Part shown: in pieces, positions 1-9,307 of the stretch | Layout of the letters: the number at the start of each line of letters is the position of its first letter | Numbering within the stretch: position 1 is the stretch's first letter | DNA from: Spirochaetia bacterium | GTDB lineage: Bacteria; Spirochaetota; Spirochaetia; SZUA-6; Bin103 | Assembly (NCBI GenBank): GCA_965203905.1 | Contig: CBDBDQ010000005.1 | Location: forward strand, 6,816,001 to 6,880,000 | Direction of reading: 5' to 3' | Length of the DNA stretch: 64,000 nt | Position numbers and translations under genes: made by a program | Notes under the pieces: generated by a model | Databases searched by the model: none | Seen by the model: only the letters and a program-made list of their open reading frames with translations | What the model was told of the DNA's origin: nothing

Positions 1-1020
1 GTGCTCTGGAGCTGGGGCTCGCAACCGGGCATCAAGAACTTCGAGAAGCTGTGCCTGGCGCTGGCCAACGCCTGCGCCGAGGAGGACCCGCACCGCTTCA
101 TCCAGCAGGGCGCCAGCGTCTTCGAGTGGCGCATCGCCAAGGAGAAGTTCGACTGGCCGATCGACTTCCACCTGCTGGCCGGCTGGTTCCACCCCGCCGA
201 CCGCTTCGGTCCGTTCCTGGCGATGGAGCGCGACGAGTGCAACTCCGGCTACTCGGTAGAGGAGTTGAAGATCAAGCGCAAGGAGCTGCTGCAGTTCGTC
301 AGCGAATACGGCCCGCCGGAAGCGCTGCCGGACCTGCCGTCACTGGAGCAGATCATTCCCGAGGCGGACCGCTGGCCGCCCAACTGGGACACCTACGCCC
401 ACCACTGCCTGCACGGCGACATCCTGCGCCGCTGGATTGGCGAGCCGGCCAGCCTGGAGCAGCTCATCCGCGACAGCCAGGAGCACCAGGCGTTCCACCT
501 CAAGTACCACACCGAGTTCTACCGCCGCCACAAGTTCCGCCCCTGCAACGGCGCCCTGTTCTTCCACTTCAAGGACTGCTGGCCGGCGGTCACCGCCGCG
601 GTGGTCGACTACTACGGGCGCCGCAAGCCGGCCTACTACACCCTCCAGCAGGCCTTCAACCCGATCCACGTACTGATGGACTGGCCGCCCCTGGCCGGCG
701 AGGCACCCGGCACCGAGTTCCGCCGCGACCTGTTCGTGGTCAACGACTTCCACCACCCCTACCCCGCCCTGCAGGTCAAGTGGCAGATCCGCGACGCCTC
801 CGGCGCCCCGCTCCTGGACCAGGAAATCCGCTGCAGCGTCGCGTCCAACTCGCTCACCAAGGTCGCCACCGTAGCCTGGACCATCCCGCCGACCCCCGAC
901 GCCCGCTACCGCATCACCTTCGAGTTGAACGCCCCAGGCGGCACCCTGTCCAGCAACGAGTACCGCCTCGCCGTCCAGGGGAGCTCCCCCATCACCCCCT
1001 GGCGCGGCTGGGTTCCATAG
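1..1020 (+). CDS. Glycoside hydrolase family 2 (beta-mannosidase-like), C-terminal part; 5' end outside the window
   Basis: FVSEYG nucleophile-type motif; GALFFHFKDCWPAVTAAVVDYYGRRKPAYY matches the GH2 beta-mannosidase late-barrel motif; followed by an Ig-like tail. The frame is open from position 1. Confidence 0.8.
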   Translation: MLWSWGSQPGIKNFEKLCLALANACAEEDPHRFIQQGASVFEWRIAKEKFDWPIDFHLLAGWFHPADRFGPFLAMERDECNSGYSVEELKIKRKELLQFVSEYGPPEALPDLPSLEQIIPEADRWPPNWDTYAHHCLHGDILRRWIGEPASLEQLIRDSQEHQAFHLKYHTEFYRRHKFRPCNGALFFHFKDCWPAVTAAVVDYYGRRKPAYYTLQQAFNPIHVLMDWPPLAGEAPGTEFRRDLFVVNDFHHPYPALQVKWQIRDASGAPLLDQEIRCSVASNSLTKVATVAWTIPPTPDARYRITFELNAPGGTLSSNEYRLAVQGSSPITPWRGWVP

Positions 1021-1230
1021 GCGGATGACACACACGACTGACACACCCGTTCAGTCCCACTATCGTCTCAAGTGCGAGCCATGGTCCACCCACGACGAGT
1101 TACGGCGCTTCCAGAAACCGGAAGGCCAACATGTTACGATCGGCGCCAACATTCGAGTGCAGCGCCGACGCGGGAATCTTTAGTCTCGTTGAGTCTACAG
1201 CAAGGGTTACTGGAAGTGTCTGGAGTCGAT

Positions 1231-1254
1231 GATGGTAACTATGTAGTTGCCATC
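1231..1254. promoter_or_regulatory. Inverted repeat upstream of the DUF6338 gene (possible operator or RNA hairpin)
   Basis: GATGGTAACTA-tg-TAGTTGCCATC: 11-bp arms with one G.U-type mismatch, about 30 nt before the ATG at 1287. Confidence 0.4.
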
Positions 1255-1286
1255 CAGGGAATCTCGAACTGGAAGACTACAAACGA

Positions 1287-1943
1287 ATGCATACATTACT
1301 GAACTCCGAGTCACTACCATATCTCATTGTCTTTGTGTTGCCAGGGTACCTCTCCTGGAGCGTATGGCGAGTCTTGTTTCCGGTTCGGACAACGCGTGTG
1401 GCCGATAGTCTGATTGCCATCGTTATGGCTGGGTTGGTCAATAGCTTTCTTGTTGGCTGGGTGATACCCGAAGTACGAGTGCTCGACAGTCTGTTCGGGC
1501 AAGTGGCCGCGTTCGCGGGTGTGTACCTGGTTGCTCCTGTCCTGTGGCCACTTATCATACGAGCGCTTCTTCAGATCCCGTTCGTGAAGCAGCGTATCGT
1601 GCATCCGATCCCGAAGGCGTGGGACTATTTCTTCGGATTGCACGTCCCATGTTTCGTCCTCGCACGACTCAAGAATGGCGCGCTTTTGGGAGGAGTCATG
1701 GGAAGTCGGTCATTCGCCTCGTCCTACCCGAGCGACGAAGATCTCTACTTGGAGCAGCTATGGAGTGTAACAGACCAAGGGCAATTCCTGTCTCCCCTTC
1801 CGGATACGAAAGGAGCTTTGATCTCTCGCAGCGATTGCGAGTACATTCAATTCATCGAGATGATGAGGAGGAGCAATGGCAACGAAAGACACACCTCGTC
1901 CGCTTCCGGAAAACCTAAGAAAGGGCTACCAGCCCCTCGGTGA
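1287..1943 (+). CDS. DUF6338 family membrane protein
   Basis: N-terminal TM with FVLPGY; about 3 TM helices; then PIPKAWDYFF, LKNG...GG, SFASSYP..EDLYLEQLW, which I recognise as DUF6338-type motifs. Confidence 0.8.
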   Translation: MHTLLNSESLPYLIVFVLPGYLSWSVWRVLFPVRTTRVADSLIAIVMAGLVNSFLVGWVIPEVRVLDSLFGQVAAFAGVYLVAPVLWPLIIRALLQIPFVKQRIVHPIPKAWDYFFGLHVPCFVLARLKNGALLGGVMGSRSFASSYPSDEDLYLEQLWSVTDQGQFLSPLPDTKGALISRSDCEYIQFIEMMRRSNGNERHTSSASGKPKKGLPAPR

Positions 1944-2139
1944 CGACTACACACCCATACAGCGACGGGGCTACCAGCCGAATGAAAGCGGCTCCGGAGA
2001 GATTATCCCACCTCCGGCCGGTGCGATTGCTGGAGATGTGAATCCACCCGCACCCACAGCAGAACCACAGAGCGATAGTTCGCAGCAAGCCGACACGGCA
2101 CCCCCCGCCGGCGCATCGGCGTCTGACGACGAGACCTAA
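1876..2139 (+). CDS. Small disordered peptide with two (R/K)-GYQP repeats and a Pro/Ala/Asp-rich tail
   Basis: Strong SD (GAGGAGGAG 1865-1873) right before ATG 1876; overlaps the 3' end of DUF6338; motifs LRKGYQP and QRRGYQP. Confidence 0.65.
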   Translation: MATKDTPRPLPENLRKGYQPLGDDYTPIQRRGYQPNESGSGEIIPPPAGAIAGDVNPPAPTAEPQSDSSQQADTAPPAGASASDDET

Positions 2140-2237
2140 GCCAGCGGCGGCGACAACCGCCACTTCCTCACCAGAGTCGGGTTGACCATCTGACGGCGCC
2201 GACGTTCGTCCGCACGGCAGCGTCGCCCGCCTCGTGA

Positions 2238-2591
2238 ATGTGGCAGAGCTTCTTGGGAGTGGCGCCCAGCCACCTGGACGCCACCTTCTTCCGCATGCGC
2301 TTCGATCGCTTGATCGTGCTGCAGCAGAAGTACCTGCGCGCCATGGCCGAACTCGGACCGGGACCGCACCAGATCGGGCAGATCGCCACCACTCTGGGCG
2401 TCGGAGCAGCATCCGTGGCAACGGTCCGGCAGCAACTGGTGAACAAGGGCATGGCCTGGAGCCAGCGCCGCGGGGAGACCGCGTTCACCGCACCGCTGTT
2501 CGACAGCTTCTTGAAACGCCAGATGCCGACCCTCGAAAAACACGTACCGGCGCGCCGCGCACGATCCACACGGCGTCGGTATCGTTCATGA
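2238..2591 (+). pseudogene. C-terminal wHTH fragment of an AAA ATP-binding protein
   Basis: LDATFFRMRFDRL...KYLRAMAELGPGPH...KGMAWS..RGETAFTAPLFDSFLKR resembles the C-terminus of AAA_16/22-type ATPases; no P-loop region upstream. Confidence 0.65.
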
Positions 2592-2601
2592 ACGCTCGGC
2601 C

Positions 2602-5427
2602 ATGACGGGACGCAATACCCCGCAGCGGTATCGGCCGAGCCCTCTCGGCTTGGTCGTCGTCGCGCTGGCTGCCCTATTGCAGCCGGCGACGCTTGCGGCT
2701 GTCAGCTACGAGTTCGACCTGACCTACGACCCGGCCGCGGCGGTCGTCGCCGGTACCCAGGTGATCTCCTTCAGCCGCGCGGAATTCGGTGACGAGGCGG
2801 TGCTGCTCCTGCTGAACAACGCCGGCGCCGTACCCAACCCGCATGAGAATCCGTTGATGCAGGATCTGCGCTACCAGTCCGGGTTCGAGGCGGGCTACAC
2901 GCGGATCGTGAGCATCGTCGACGCGCTCGGCGCCACAGTGCCGTTCGAGGAGTTCACGCCGCCGGCGCACGGCCGCCTGTTCACCTATCCCATGCCCGGC
3001 CTGGCCGTGCGGCTGCGGCTGCCGGCGCGCGACCGCTACCGGCTCAGCGTCGCGTTTCGGACTCGCCTGCCTGCGCTGCGCGCGGGAGACTTCACCAGCC
3101 GCGAAGGCGTGTTCGTGCAGCGCTTCGCCTGGTATCCGCGCCTCTACCCGCACCCGGATCGGTTCACGCTGCCGCCGATCGACAGTTACCGCGTGCGCAT
3201 CGTCGTCCCGCCCGGCTACCGGGTGATCTCGCACGACGAGCGCGCCGTGCCGGTGGCGAACGGAGCCGCCTACGTGATCGAACGGCGGTCGCCGTCGGTT
3301 ACCATTCCGCTGACCATCTTTCCCGAGGACCGCTTCCAACTCGTCGAGGACGCATCCGCGCACGTGGCCGTGCGCCTGTTCCATCGTCCCGGCCACGAGC
3401 GCCAGGCGCACAAGCTCGCCCGCTACGCCGCCGAGGCGCTGGACCACTACGCGGGCACCCTCGGGCCGCTGGACTATCGCCGCATCACCATCGTGGAGGG
3501 GGTGCGGCCGGGCGCATGGGGCATGGCCGCGGACGCTTTCGTGATGCTGGGGAGCGGCGCGTTCAACGCCGACCTGCCGTCCCCGGAGCTCTGGAACCGC
3601 GTGCTGGAATTCCTGGTGGCGCACGAGATCGGGCACTTCTACTTCGGCATTGGCACGGCCGTGGACTTCATCAGCGACAACTGGCTCAGCGAGTCGCTCA
3701 CCCAGTACGTCACGCTGGACTACCTGGAGCGGAAGTACGGCGCGGACGACAACCTGGTCCCCGGTGACGCCGGTGCGGCAGGCGCCATCGCCCGCGGCCT
3801 GCTGGGCCACCGCAGCTTCCGCGAGCGGCTGGTGACCCGGTTCCACGCGCTGCGCAAGGATGGCTTCGACTTCCCGGTGGCAAGCGACGTGGACGTCCAG
3901 AACCAGAACGGCCTGACCGCGGTGATCTACGACAAGGGTGCCCTGGCCGTGCGCCAACTCGCCACCGAGATGGGCAAGGACGCCTTCGACGAAGCCCTGC
4001 GCGAGTATGCCCGCCAGTACCGACACCAGTTCACGGACACCGGGCAGTTCCTCGCCCACCTGGAGGAGCACCGGCCGGGCATGCGTAGCATCGGCGAGCA
4101 GGTGCTGACCACCGACCGCTATCCCGACTACGCCGTGGCCGGGGTGGCATACGAGGGGAACCTGGCTCGGATCACGATCCGCGACCACGGTGACAGCGGC
4201 CTGAGCGCACTGGTGAGGGTCGTCGTGGAGGACGCCGGAGAAGGCGAGCGGACCGTCGACTTCACGGTGCGCGGCACGGAGATGCTGGAAGTGGCCGGCC
4301 GCGTGCGCAGCGTGGAGATCGACCCGGCGTGGTACACGCTCGACATCGACCGCAAGAACAACCACCACCCGCGCAGGGTGAATTGGGTGTTCCAGCCGCA
4401 CAGCCGCCACGAGGCCGACCGGGTCGGTTTCGACCTGCGATTGTTCGAGCTGTCGCCGGACGCGCTGCGCATGGGGGGCGGAGTCGGCTACTGGTCCACC
4501 GGGATGGTGTCGTACGGGCTGAGCGCCGGGGGCGCCGCCCGGGTCGAGCCGGCCACGCCCGGCGGGTGGCTCACGAACCTTCCCGTGGTGGGACCGGGGG
4601 CTTATGCCACGGCAGAGCTGTCGCTGCCACGCGGCGCGCGCGTCGCGGCCCTCTTCACCTGGTACGGCGCAGAAGACTGGGGCGGCTCATTCGCACTCCG
4701 GCAGCCGCTGCCCACGCCGCTGGAGGTGGGCACCCGGCCGACCGTTTACGACAGCGGCCTGTCGCTGGCGGCCGGGCTGAACGTCGATCAACGCCCGGGT
4801 CTGGAGCCGTGGATCGGGCTGGATTCCTTGCGGCTGCCCGGAGCCGTGCCCCACTTCGCATCGCTGCGGCACCAGTTCAAGGTGCTGCCACGTGCCGGCA
4901 CCTGGTCGCTGCAATCGAGTCTGGCGGCGGCGGTGCCGCTGCGCATCGTGCCACGCGTGTACCTGGTGCCGAGTGTCGACCTGGGTGCCGACTGGCGCTT
5001 GTTCGGCATCGGCACCGCGCCGCCGGAAGGCGTGGAGAGCCGGTTGCGCGCCGGCGACCGGAGCGGGGCCGGCGGGCAGCCGGCGACCGGGCGCGCCTAT
5101 GGCGGTCTGGATCTGCTGGTCCCGCTGGTCGGCGGGCGCGAGGACCGGCTCCTGGACCTGGTGGTGTTCCGCAGCCTCACGGCTGCGCTCTACTTCGAAG
5201 CGGAGAACCGATTCACGGCGTTCCCGGCGCTCGGCGACCGACGGGAGTGGAGTCCGCATGCGGGAATCGAGCTGAGCGCGGGCATTACCTCGCTGATCGA
5301 CCTGCCCCTGGCGATCGCCGGCGGGCTCGACGTGCCCCTGCGCACCGCTGGCGACCCGTCAACGTGGCGCGTCTTCCTGTCGGCGAACCTGCCGCTTCGC
5401 CTCTATACCCAGCTATTGGCCGATTGA
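2602..5427 (+). CDS. Secreted M1-family (gluzincin) metallopeptidase with a long beta-rich C-terminal extension
   Basis: Signal peptide (LGLVVVALAALLQPATLAA); HEIGH-x18-E (NWLSE); catalytic Tyr motif IYDKGALAV; last ~330 aa are amphipathic beta strands. Confidence 0.8.
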   Translation: MTGRNTPQRYRPSPLGLVVVALAALLQPATLAAVSYEFDLTYDPAAAVVAGTQVISFSRAEFGDEAVLLLLNNAGAVPNPHENPLMQDLRYQSGFEAGYTRIVSIVDALGATVPFEEFTPPAHGRLFTYPMPGLAVRLRLPARDRYRLSVAFRTRLPALRAGDFTSREGVFVQRFAWYPRLYPHPDRFTLPPIDSYRVRIVVPPGYRVISHDERAVPVANGAAYVIERRSPSVTIPLTIFPEDRFQLVEDASAHVAVRLFHRPGHERQAHKLARYAAEALDHYAGTLGPLDYRRITIVEGVRPGAWGMAADAFVMLGSGAFNADLPSPELWNRVLEFLVAHEIGHFYFGIGTAVDFISDNWLSESLTQYVTLDYLERKYGADDNLVPGDAGAAGAIARGLLGHRSFRERLVTRFHALRKDGFDFPVASDVDVQNQNGLTAVIYDKGALAVRQLATEMGKDAFDEALREYARQYRHQFTDTGQFLAHLEEHRPGMRSIGEQVLTTDRYPDYAVAGVAYEGNLARITIRDHGDSGLSALVRVVVEDAGEGERTVDFTVRGTEMLEVAGRVRSVEIDPAWYTLDIDRKNNHHPRRVNWVFQPHSRHEADRVGFDLRLFELSPDALRMGGGVGYWSTGMVSYGLSAGGAARVEPATPGGWLTNLPVVGPGAYATAELSLPRGARVAALFTWYGAEDWGGSFALRQPLPTPLEVGTRPTVYDSGLSLAAGLNVDQRPGLEPWIGLDSLRLPGAVPHFASLRHQFKVLPRAGTWSLQSSLAAAVPLRIVPRVYLVPSVDLGADWRLFGIGTAPPEGVESRLRAGDRSGAGGQPATGRAYGGLDLLVPLVGGREDRLLDLVVFRSLTAALYFEAENRFTAFPALGDRREWSPHAGIELSAGITSLIDLPLAIAGGLDVPLRTAGDPSTWRVFLSANLPLRLYTQLLAD

Positions 5428-5479
5428 CCGGCCGCGGCGCAGGAGGCAATCTCGTTCGAACGGTTCCTTGTAAGCCGGG

Positions 5480-6016
5480 TTATCCAGGGCCGATGGAGTC
5501 AAGGAACGCGCTCACCGCCTCGCGGATCGCTTGGGGCGAGAGTGCCGGGTACTTGGCATAGGCGGAGTCAGGAATGGCACCGACGAGCGCCCGGAAGCGG
5601 GCTGCATCCACCAGACCGGTATCAATGAAGTGGCGGGCGTCCTCCAGGTCACGCCGGAATCCGCGGACGACTTTCGAGAGCACTTGCGAGTACGGATCGT
5701 AGTGAAAGAAGCTGACACCGCCGAACCTTGCGATGAAGAGGTGACGGTCGCCGGCACCGGCCAGCGCGGGGACGAAGTGCTCTGGCCGCGCAAACTCCAC
5801 GTTGATCCGCTGCGTCTCCTTGATGCGCTGAATGTCGATGAACACCGCCTCGTCATCGGCGTACAAGTCCACGTCGATCGTCGATTCCCGCCATCCTCGC
5901 TCCACGGCCGTCCCGCCGCCCACCACGAAGACCCGGAAGTACCTACGGGACGGTGCCGCCTCGGCGAGGCGCTGCATGAAACCGAGGAGGCGCTGGCGTG
6001 TGACGCTCTCTCGCAT
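5480..6016 (-). CDS. DUF6036-like nucleotidyltransferase (putative toxin)
   Basis: VFVVGGGTAV...RESTIDVDL (GG + DxD Pol-beta NTase motif); SKVVRG..RDLED. Start set at MRESV (6016). Confidence 0.75.
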   Translation of the reverse strand: MRESVTRQRLLGFMQRLAEAAPSRRYFRVFVVGGGTAVERGWRESTIDVDLYADDEAVFIDIQRIKETQRINVEFARPEHFVPALAGAGDRHLFIARFGGVSFFHYDPYSQVLSKVVRGFRRDLEDARHFIDTGLVDAARFRALVGAIPDSAYAKYPALSPQAIREAVSAFLDSIGPG

Positions 6017-6020
6017 CCCG

Positions 6021-6479
6021 CTACGTGCGCGCCTCGCGGCGAGTTGCGGTCGTTCTGGCGACCGAGCACGCGTCCGCAAACGAAACGATCAGGCGCAGGT
6101 GGGCGTTGTAGCGCGCATGTCCCAGGTCGCCTGCGACGGACGAAAGCAGCCGATAGAGCCGCCGCTCCGGGTCGGGCTGGGCGTTGGTAACCGGCACTCC
6201 CTCACGGCGCAGCCGCGGCGCCGCCAGCGAGACCAGCAGGCTCGCGGCGCTGGTGCGGCCGGACGCCAGGTCGGCCAGTCCCTCGTCGACCACGTCGCCA
6301 CCGGGCAGCGCAAGATCCGCGAACCGGCTCGCTCCGAACCGTCTGCGCATCCAGCGCGCCGTGGCCGCGCGGCGCGCTATCTCCGTGCGGCGGCCGGGAG
6401 CAAGGCTTCGGGCACGCGCACGGCCACCCGTGCGCCCGAATGTCCGGTAACGCTCGCGAACATCCTCCGGCAGTTCCAC
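6021..6479 (-). CDS. Conserved hypothetical partner of the DUF6036 NTase (putative antitoxin) with a basic N-terminal GGRARA...EIARRAA.ARW segment
   Basis: Ends 4 nt before the NTase start; GTG start 6 nt downstream of a TATACT -10 box; LPGGDVVDEGLADL...LLVSLAAPRLR...HARYNA motif. Confidence 0.65.
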   Translation of the reverse strand: MELPEDVRERYRTFGRTGGRARARSLAPGRRTEIARRAATARWMRRRFGASRFADLALPGGDVVDEGLADLASGRTSAASLLVSLAAPRLRREGVPVTNAQPDPERRLYRLLSSVAGDLGHARYNAHLRLIVSFADACSVARTTATRREART

Positions 6480-6485
6480 GCCGAC

Positions 6486-6531
6486 AGTATAACATCGGAC
6501 TCGGCCCATGCTTACCGGGCAAGCATGGGCC
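6486..6531 (-). promoter_or_regulatory. -10 box (TATACT) and 11-bp perfect inverted repeat (putative operator) for the NTase pair
   Basis: GGCCCATGCTT (6503-6513) / AAGCATGGGCC (6521-6531); TATACT on the minus strand at 6491-6486. Confidence 0.55.
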
Positions 6532-6804
6532 ATCGGTATCGGCCAGCGTGAGGACACAGCGCAACCGCGCCGACTTGGCGGCGGACGTGGGGCGCCTGGA
6601 TGAGGAAGCTGCCCTGAGCCGTGCTCCTGTGCCATAATCGGTGTGTGCGGATCTTCATCTTTGACTGCGCGCCCAACCGCTCGCGGAGCCACAGGTTCTG
6701 CCGCCGCCAGGAAACGGCCGGTATACCGCCGCACAGCGAGTGGGGTATGTGATGATCGAATACGCACGTTGTATGGTTAGACGAGGTTGTAGAAGGATGG
6801 GCAA

Positions 6805-8061
6805 GTGATCGACCGTATCACCATCGGCAACTTCAAGAGCCTGCGTCGGGTCGATCTGTCTCTGGGCAGGCTGAATGTGTTGGTCGGCACGAACGCCAGC
6901 GGGAAGTCGAACTTTCTTGAAGCCTTGCAAGTCTTGCAGGGGATCGGGAGCGGGTTCACGATCAGCGAGATACTTGACGGCCGGCCGGCGAGCGCTACGA
7001 CCGAAGTCTGGTATGGAATTCGTGGTGGAAGTTCACGAACTTGTTATGCCGGCTCCGCTGGAGACAGCGCGGTGGTGCTGTCTGTGCAAGGCCGTCTAGT
7101 CGAAGATCCCCACCGTCAATGGGAGTTTTCGATCACCTTTCTGCCAGCAGCGGGGCAAGTCATGCGTGAATCTCTCAGAGTGGGGGATCTCATCTACGAC
7201 ACTGAGGAAGTGAGCGGCTCCGCTTCCGCCGGGACGTTACGTGTGCGCCACCACTATGTCGGCAGGGAGCAACCGCACGTTGCCGAGTCCACTAACTCCA
7301 AACCCGTACTCGGGGGGTTTGCCGGTTTGAAGTTTTTCGGATTTTCCGAGGACAGCGTGGGCTTCGACCAAGGTCCATTCTACACAGAGGGAGCCGACCT
7401 TGCGCGCCGAGTGGCAGCCCAATTGGCGAATATCCAACGGTTGGATCCTTCCATTCCATTGCTTCAGCAGTACTCAACCATGAAAGACGCCAAGCGCATG
7501 GGAGATCACGGCGAGAATTTTGCGGCTGTCGTAAACACGATCTGTCAGAATGAACAGACCAAGGACGCATTCCTGTCATGGCTTCGTGAACTCCGTCCCG
7601 AAGAGGTTGACGACGTCGGTACACTGCCCGGCGCTGTGGGCGATTCACTGTTTATGCTACGCGAGAGCCATCGGGAATATCCCGCAACGGTACTGAGCGC
7701 GGGAACGCTGCGGTTTGCCGCGGTGACTGCGGCATTCTTCCAACCAGACATGCCGAACATCATGACTATCGAAGAAGTCGAGAATGGAATCCATGCCAGT
7801 CGCCTTCGCTTGCTCTTGGAGTTGCTCCGAAGTCAGACGAAAGCCGGCGCGACGCAGGTATTCGTTACCACACATTCACCCAGTGCACTAGCATGGCTTG
7901 ATGAGTCCGAATACGACAAGACGTTTCTCTGCAAACGGAATGAGTCAACGGGTGAGTCGACGATACGGCCGCTCACTGATGTTCCCCGTTTTCTGGAGGT
8001 AGCAAAACACCACCCCGTCGCGGATCTGTTCGCAGAAGGCTGGCTTGAAGCGGCCCTGTGA
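6805..8061 (+). CDS. ABC-type AAA ATPase (AAA_21/AAA_15-like), putative defence or TA ATPase
   Basis: Walker A GTNASGKS, signature LSAGT, Walker B/D-loop IEEVENGIH, H-loop TTHSP. Confidence 0.85.
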   Translation: MIDRITIGNFKSLRRVDLSLGRLNVLVGTNASGKSNFLEALQVLQGIGSGFTISEILDGRPASATTEVWYGIRGGSSRTCYAGSAGDSAVVLSVQGRLVEDPHRQWEFSITFLPAAGQVMRESLRVGDLIYDTEEVSGSASAGTLRVRHHYVGREQPHVAESTNSKPVLGGFAGLKFFGFSEDSVGFDQGPFYTEGADLARRVAAQLANIQRLDPSIPLLQQYSTMKDAKRMGDHGENFAAVVNTICQNEQTKDAFLSWLRELRPEEVDDVGTLPGAVGDSLFMLRESHREYPATVLSAGTLRFAAVTAAFFQPDMPNIMTIEEVENGIHASRLRLLLELLRSQTKAGATQVFVTTHSPSALAWLDESEYDKTFLCKRNESTGESTIRPLTDVPRFLEVAKHHPVADLFAEGWLEAAL

Positions 8062-8420
8062 GTCTCCCTGTGCTGGTAATCCCGGAAGATCCGACCCTTA
8101 ACGGTCATATCCTGAAACCCCTGGTTCAGGCACTCCTGGCTGACGCCGGACGGCCATCTGCACGAGTGAAGATACTAGAGAACCCAAGGGTTCGTGATAT
8201 GAGCGAGACGTGGAACGAAGCGCGAAGGAATCCCCGAATGAAAGAGGAGGTATTCCTACCGCTGCTCGATATGCACGGCGATCCAAGGCGGGTCGGAGGA
8301 GGGCGGGACCTGATGATTCGAAAGTCGCTGGAGAATCTTCAGATGCTGTATCGGCTGTGCCCGGAGTTGAGGGTCCTGCGCGACCGCATAGTTGTGCTAC
8401 TGAGTGACCAGTGGGCATGA
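8058..8420 (+). CDS. Partner of the ABC ATPase, TOPRIM/RloB-like N-terminus, probably internally deleted
   Basis: GTGA overlap with the ATPase stop; N-terminal VLVIPED strand+Glu; no DxD motif; only 120 aa. Confidence 0.5.
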   Translation: MSLPVLVIPEDPTLNGHILKPLVQALLADAGRPSARVKILENPRVRDMSETWNEARRNPRMKEEVFLPLLDMHGDPRRVGGGRDLMIRKSLENLQMLYRLCPELRVLRDRIVVLLSDQWA

Positions 8421-8546
8421 CAACGTCCAGCTTCGCCTGTGGCGGCCGAAAGCTGAGCACCAGTTCTCTGTCGAGAAGGTCGGCCGGTTGCCTCGCGAGG
8501 AGTGTACCCTTGGTGCCACCATCAATTGAATCGAGGAAAAGAATCG

Positions 8547-9281
8547 ATGTCACTTACCAAGCACGAAATACAGTTCTACGAAGATAACGGCTATCTGCTC
8601 AGGAAGGGGCTGGTGGCGCGCTCCTGGATCGCCGACGTGGAGCGCGAGGTCGACCGGATCCACGAGCGCATGGCGGAGCAGCCCGCGGACGGCGTCGGCG
8701 TCTCCTGGGAGGAGTTCGACGACCCGGACCATCCGCCGCGGATCAAGCAGCTCATGCACAGCGAGGTGATCAGCCCGACTCTGAACCGGATCCTGCGGTG
8801 CGACGCCGTGCTCGACATCGTGGAGGGTCTGTTAGGGCCCGACATCTCGCTGTTCCACAGCAAGCTGCTGCCGAAGGCGGGCGGCGACGGCACCGCGATA
8901 CCGTGGCACCAGGACTATGCGTACTGGAAGCGAGACGACAACCGTCCGGCGATGATCAACTGCCAGTTGGCGATTCGCCGCGCCCACCTGGAGAACGGCT
9001 GCATCTGCTTCGTCCCGGGCAGCCACCGCTGGGGACTGCAGGAACACGAGCGCAGCCGGCAGACCTTCGGCGTGTACCTGCCGGGCCACTATCGTGAACG
9101 CGACGACGCCGTGGCCGTCGAGATGGATCCAGGCGACGGGGTGTTTTTCAACGCCCTGATCGTGCACGGGTCGGCCCCGAACCGCTCCCCCGAGGACCGT
9201 CTCATGAACACGTTCGCGTACAACGTCACCGGCAACGGCGTCACGCAATGCCGGGAAGAGCTGCGCAGCGGCACACGGTGA
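8547..9281 (+). CDS. Phytanoyl-CoA dioxygenase (PhyH) family Fe(II)/2OG dioxygenase
   Basis: FYEDNGYL, WHQD (HxD), ENGC..FVPGSH, HGS.PNRS..R; SD GAGGA before ATG 8547. Confidence 0.9.
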   Translation: MSLTKHEIQFYEDNGYLLRKGLVARSWIADVEREVDRIHERMAEQPADGVGVSWEEFDDPDHPPRIKQLMHSEVISPTLNRILRCDAVLDIVEGLLGPDISLFHSKLLPKAGGDGTAIPWHQDYAYWKRDDNRPAMINCQLAIRRAHLENGCICFVPGSHRWGLQEHERSRQTFGVYLPGHYRERDDAVAVEMDPGDGVFFNALIVHGSAPNRSPEDRLMNTFAYNVTGNGVTQCREELRSGTR

Positions 9282-9307
9282 CAGTGAACGGCCGCTACCT
9301 CCCCTCC

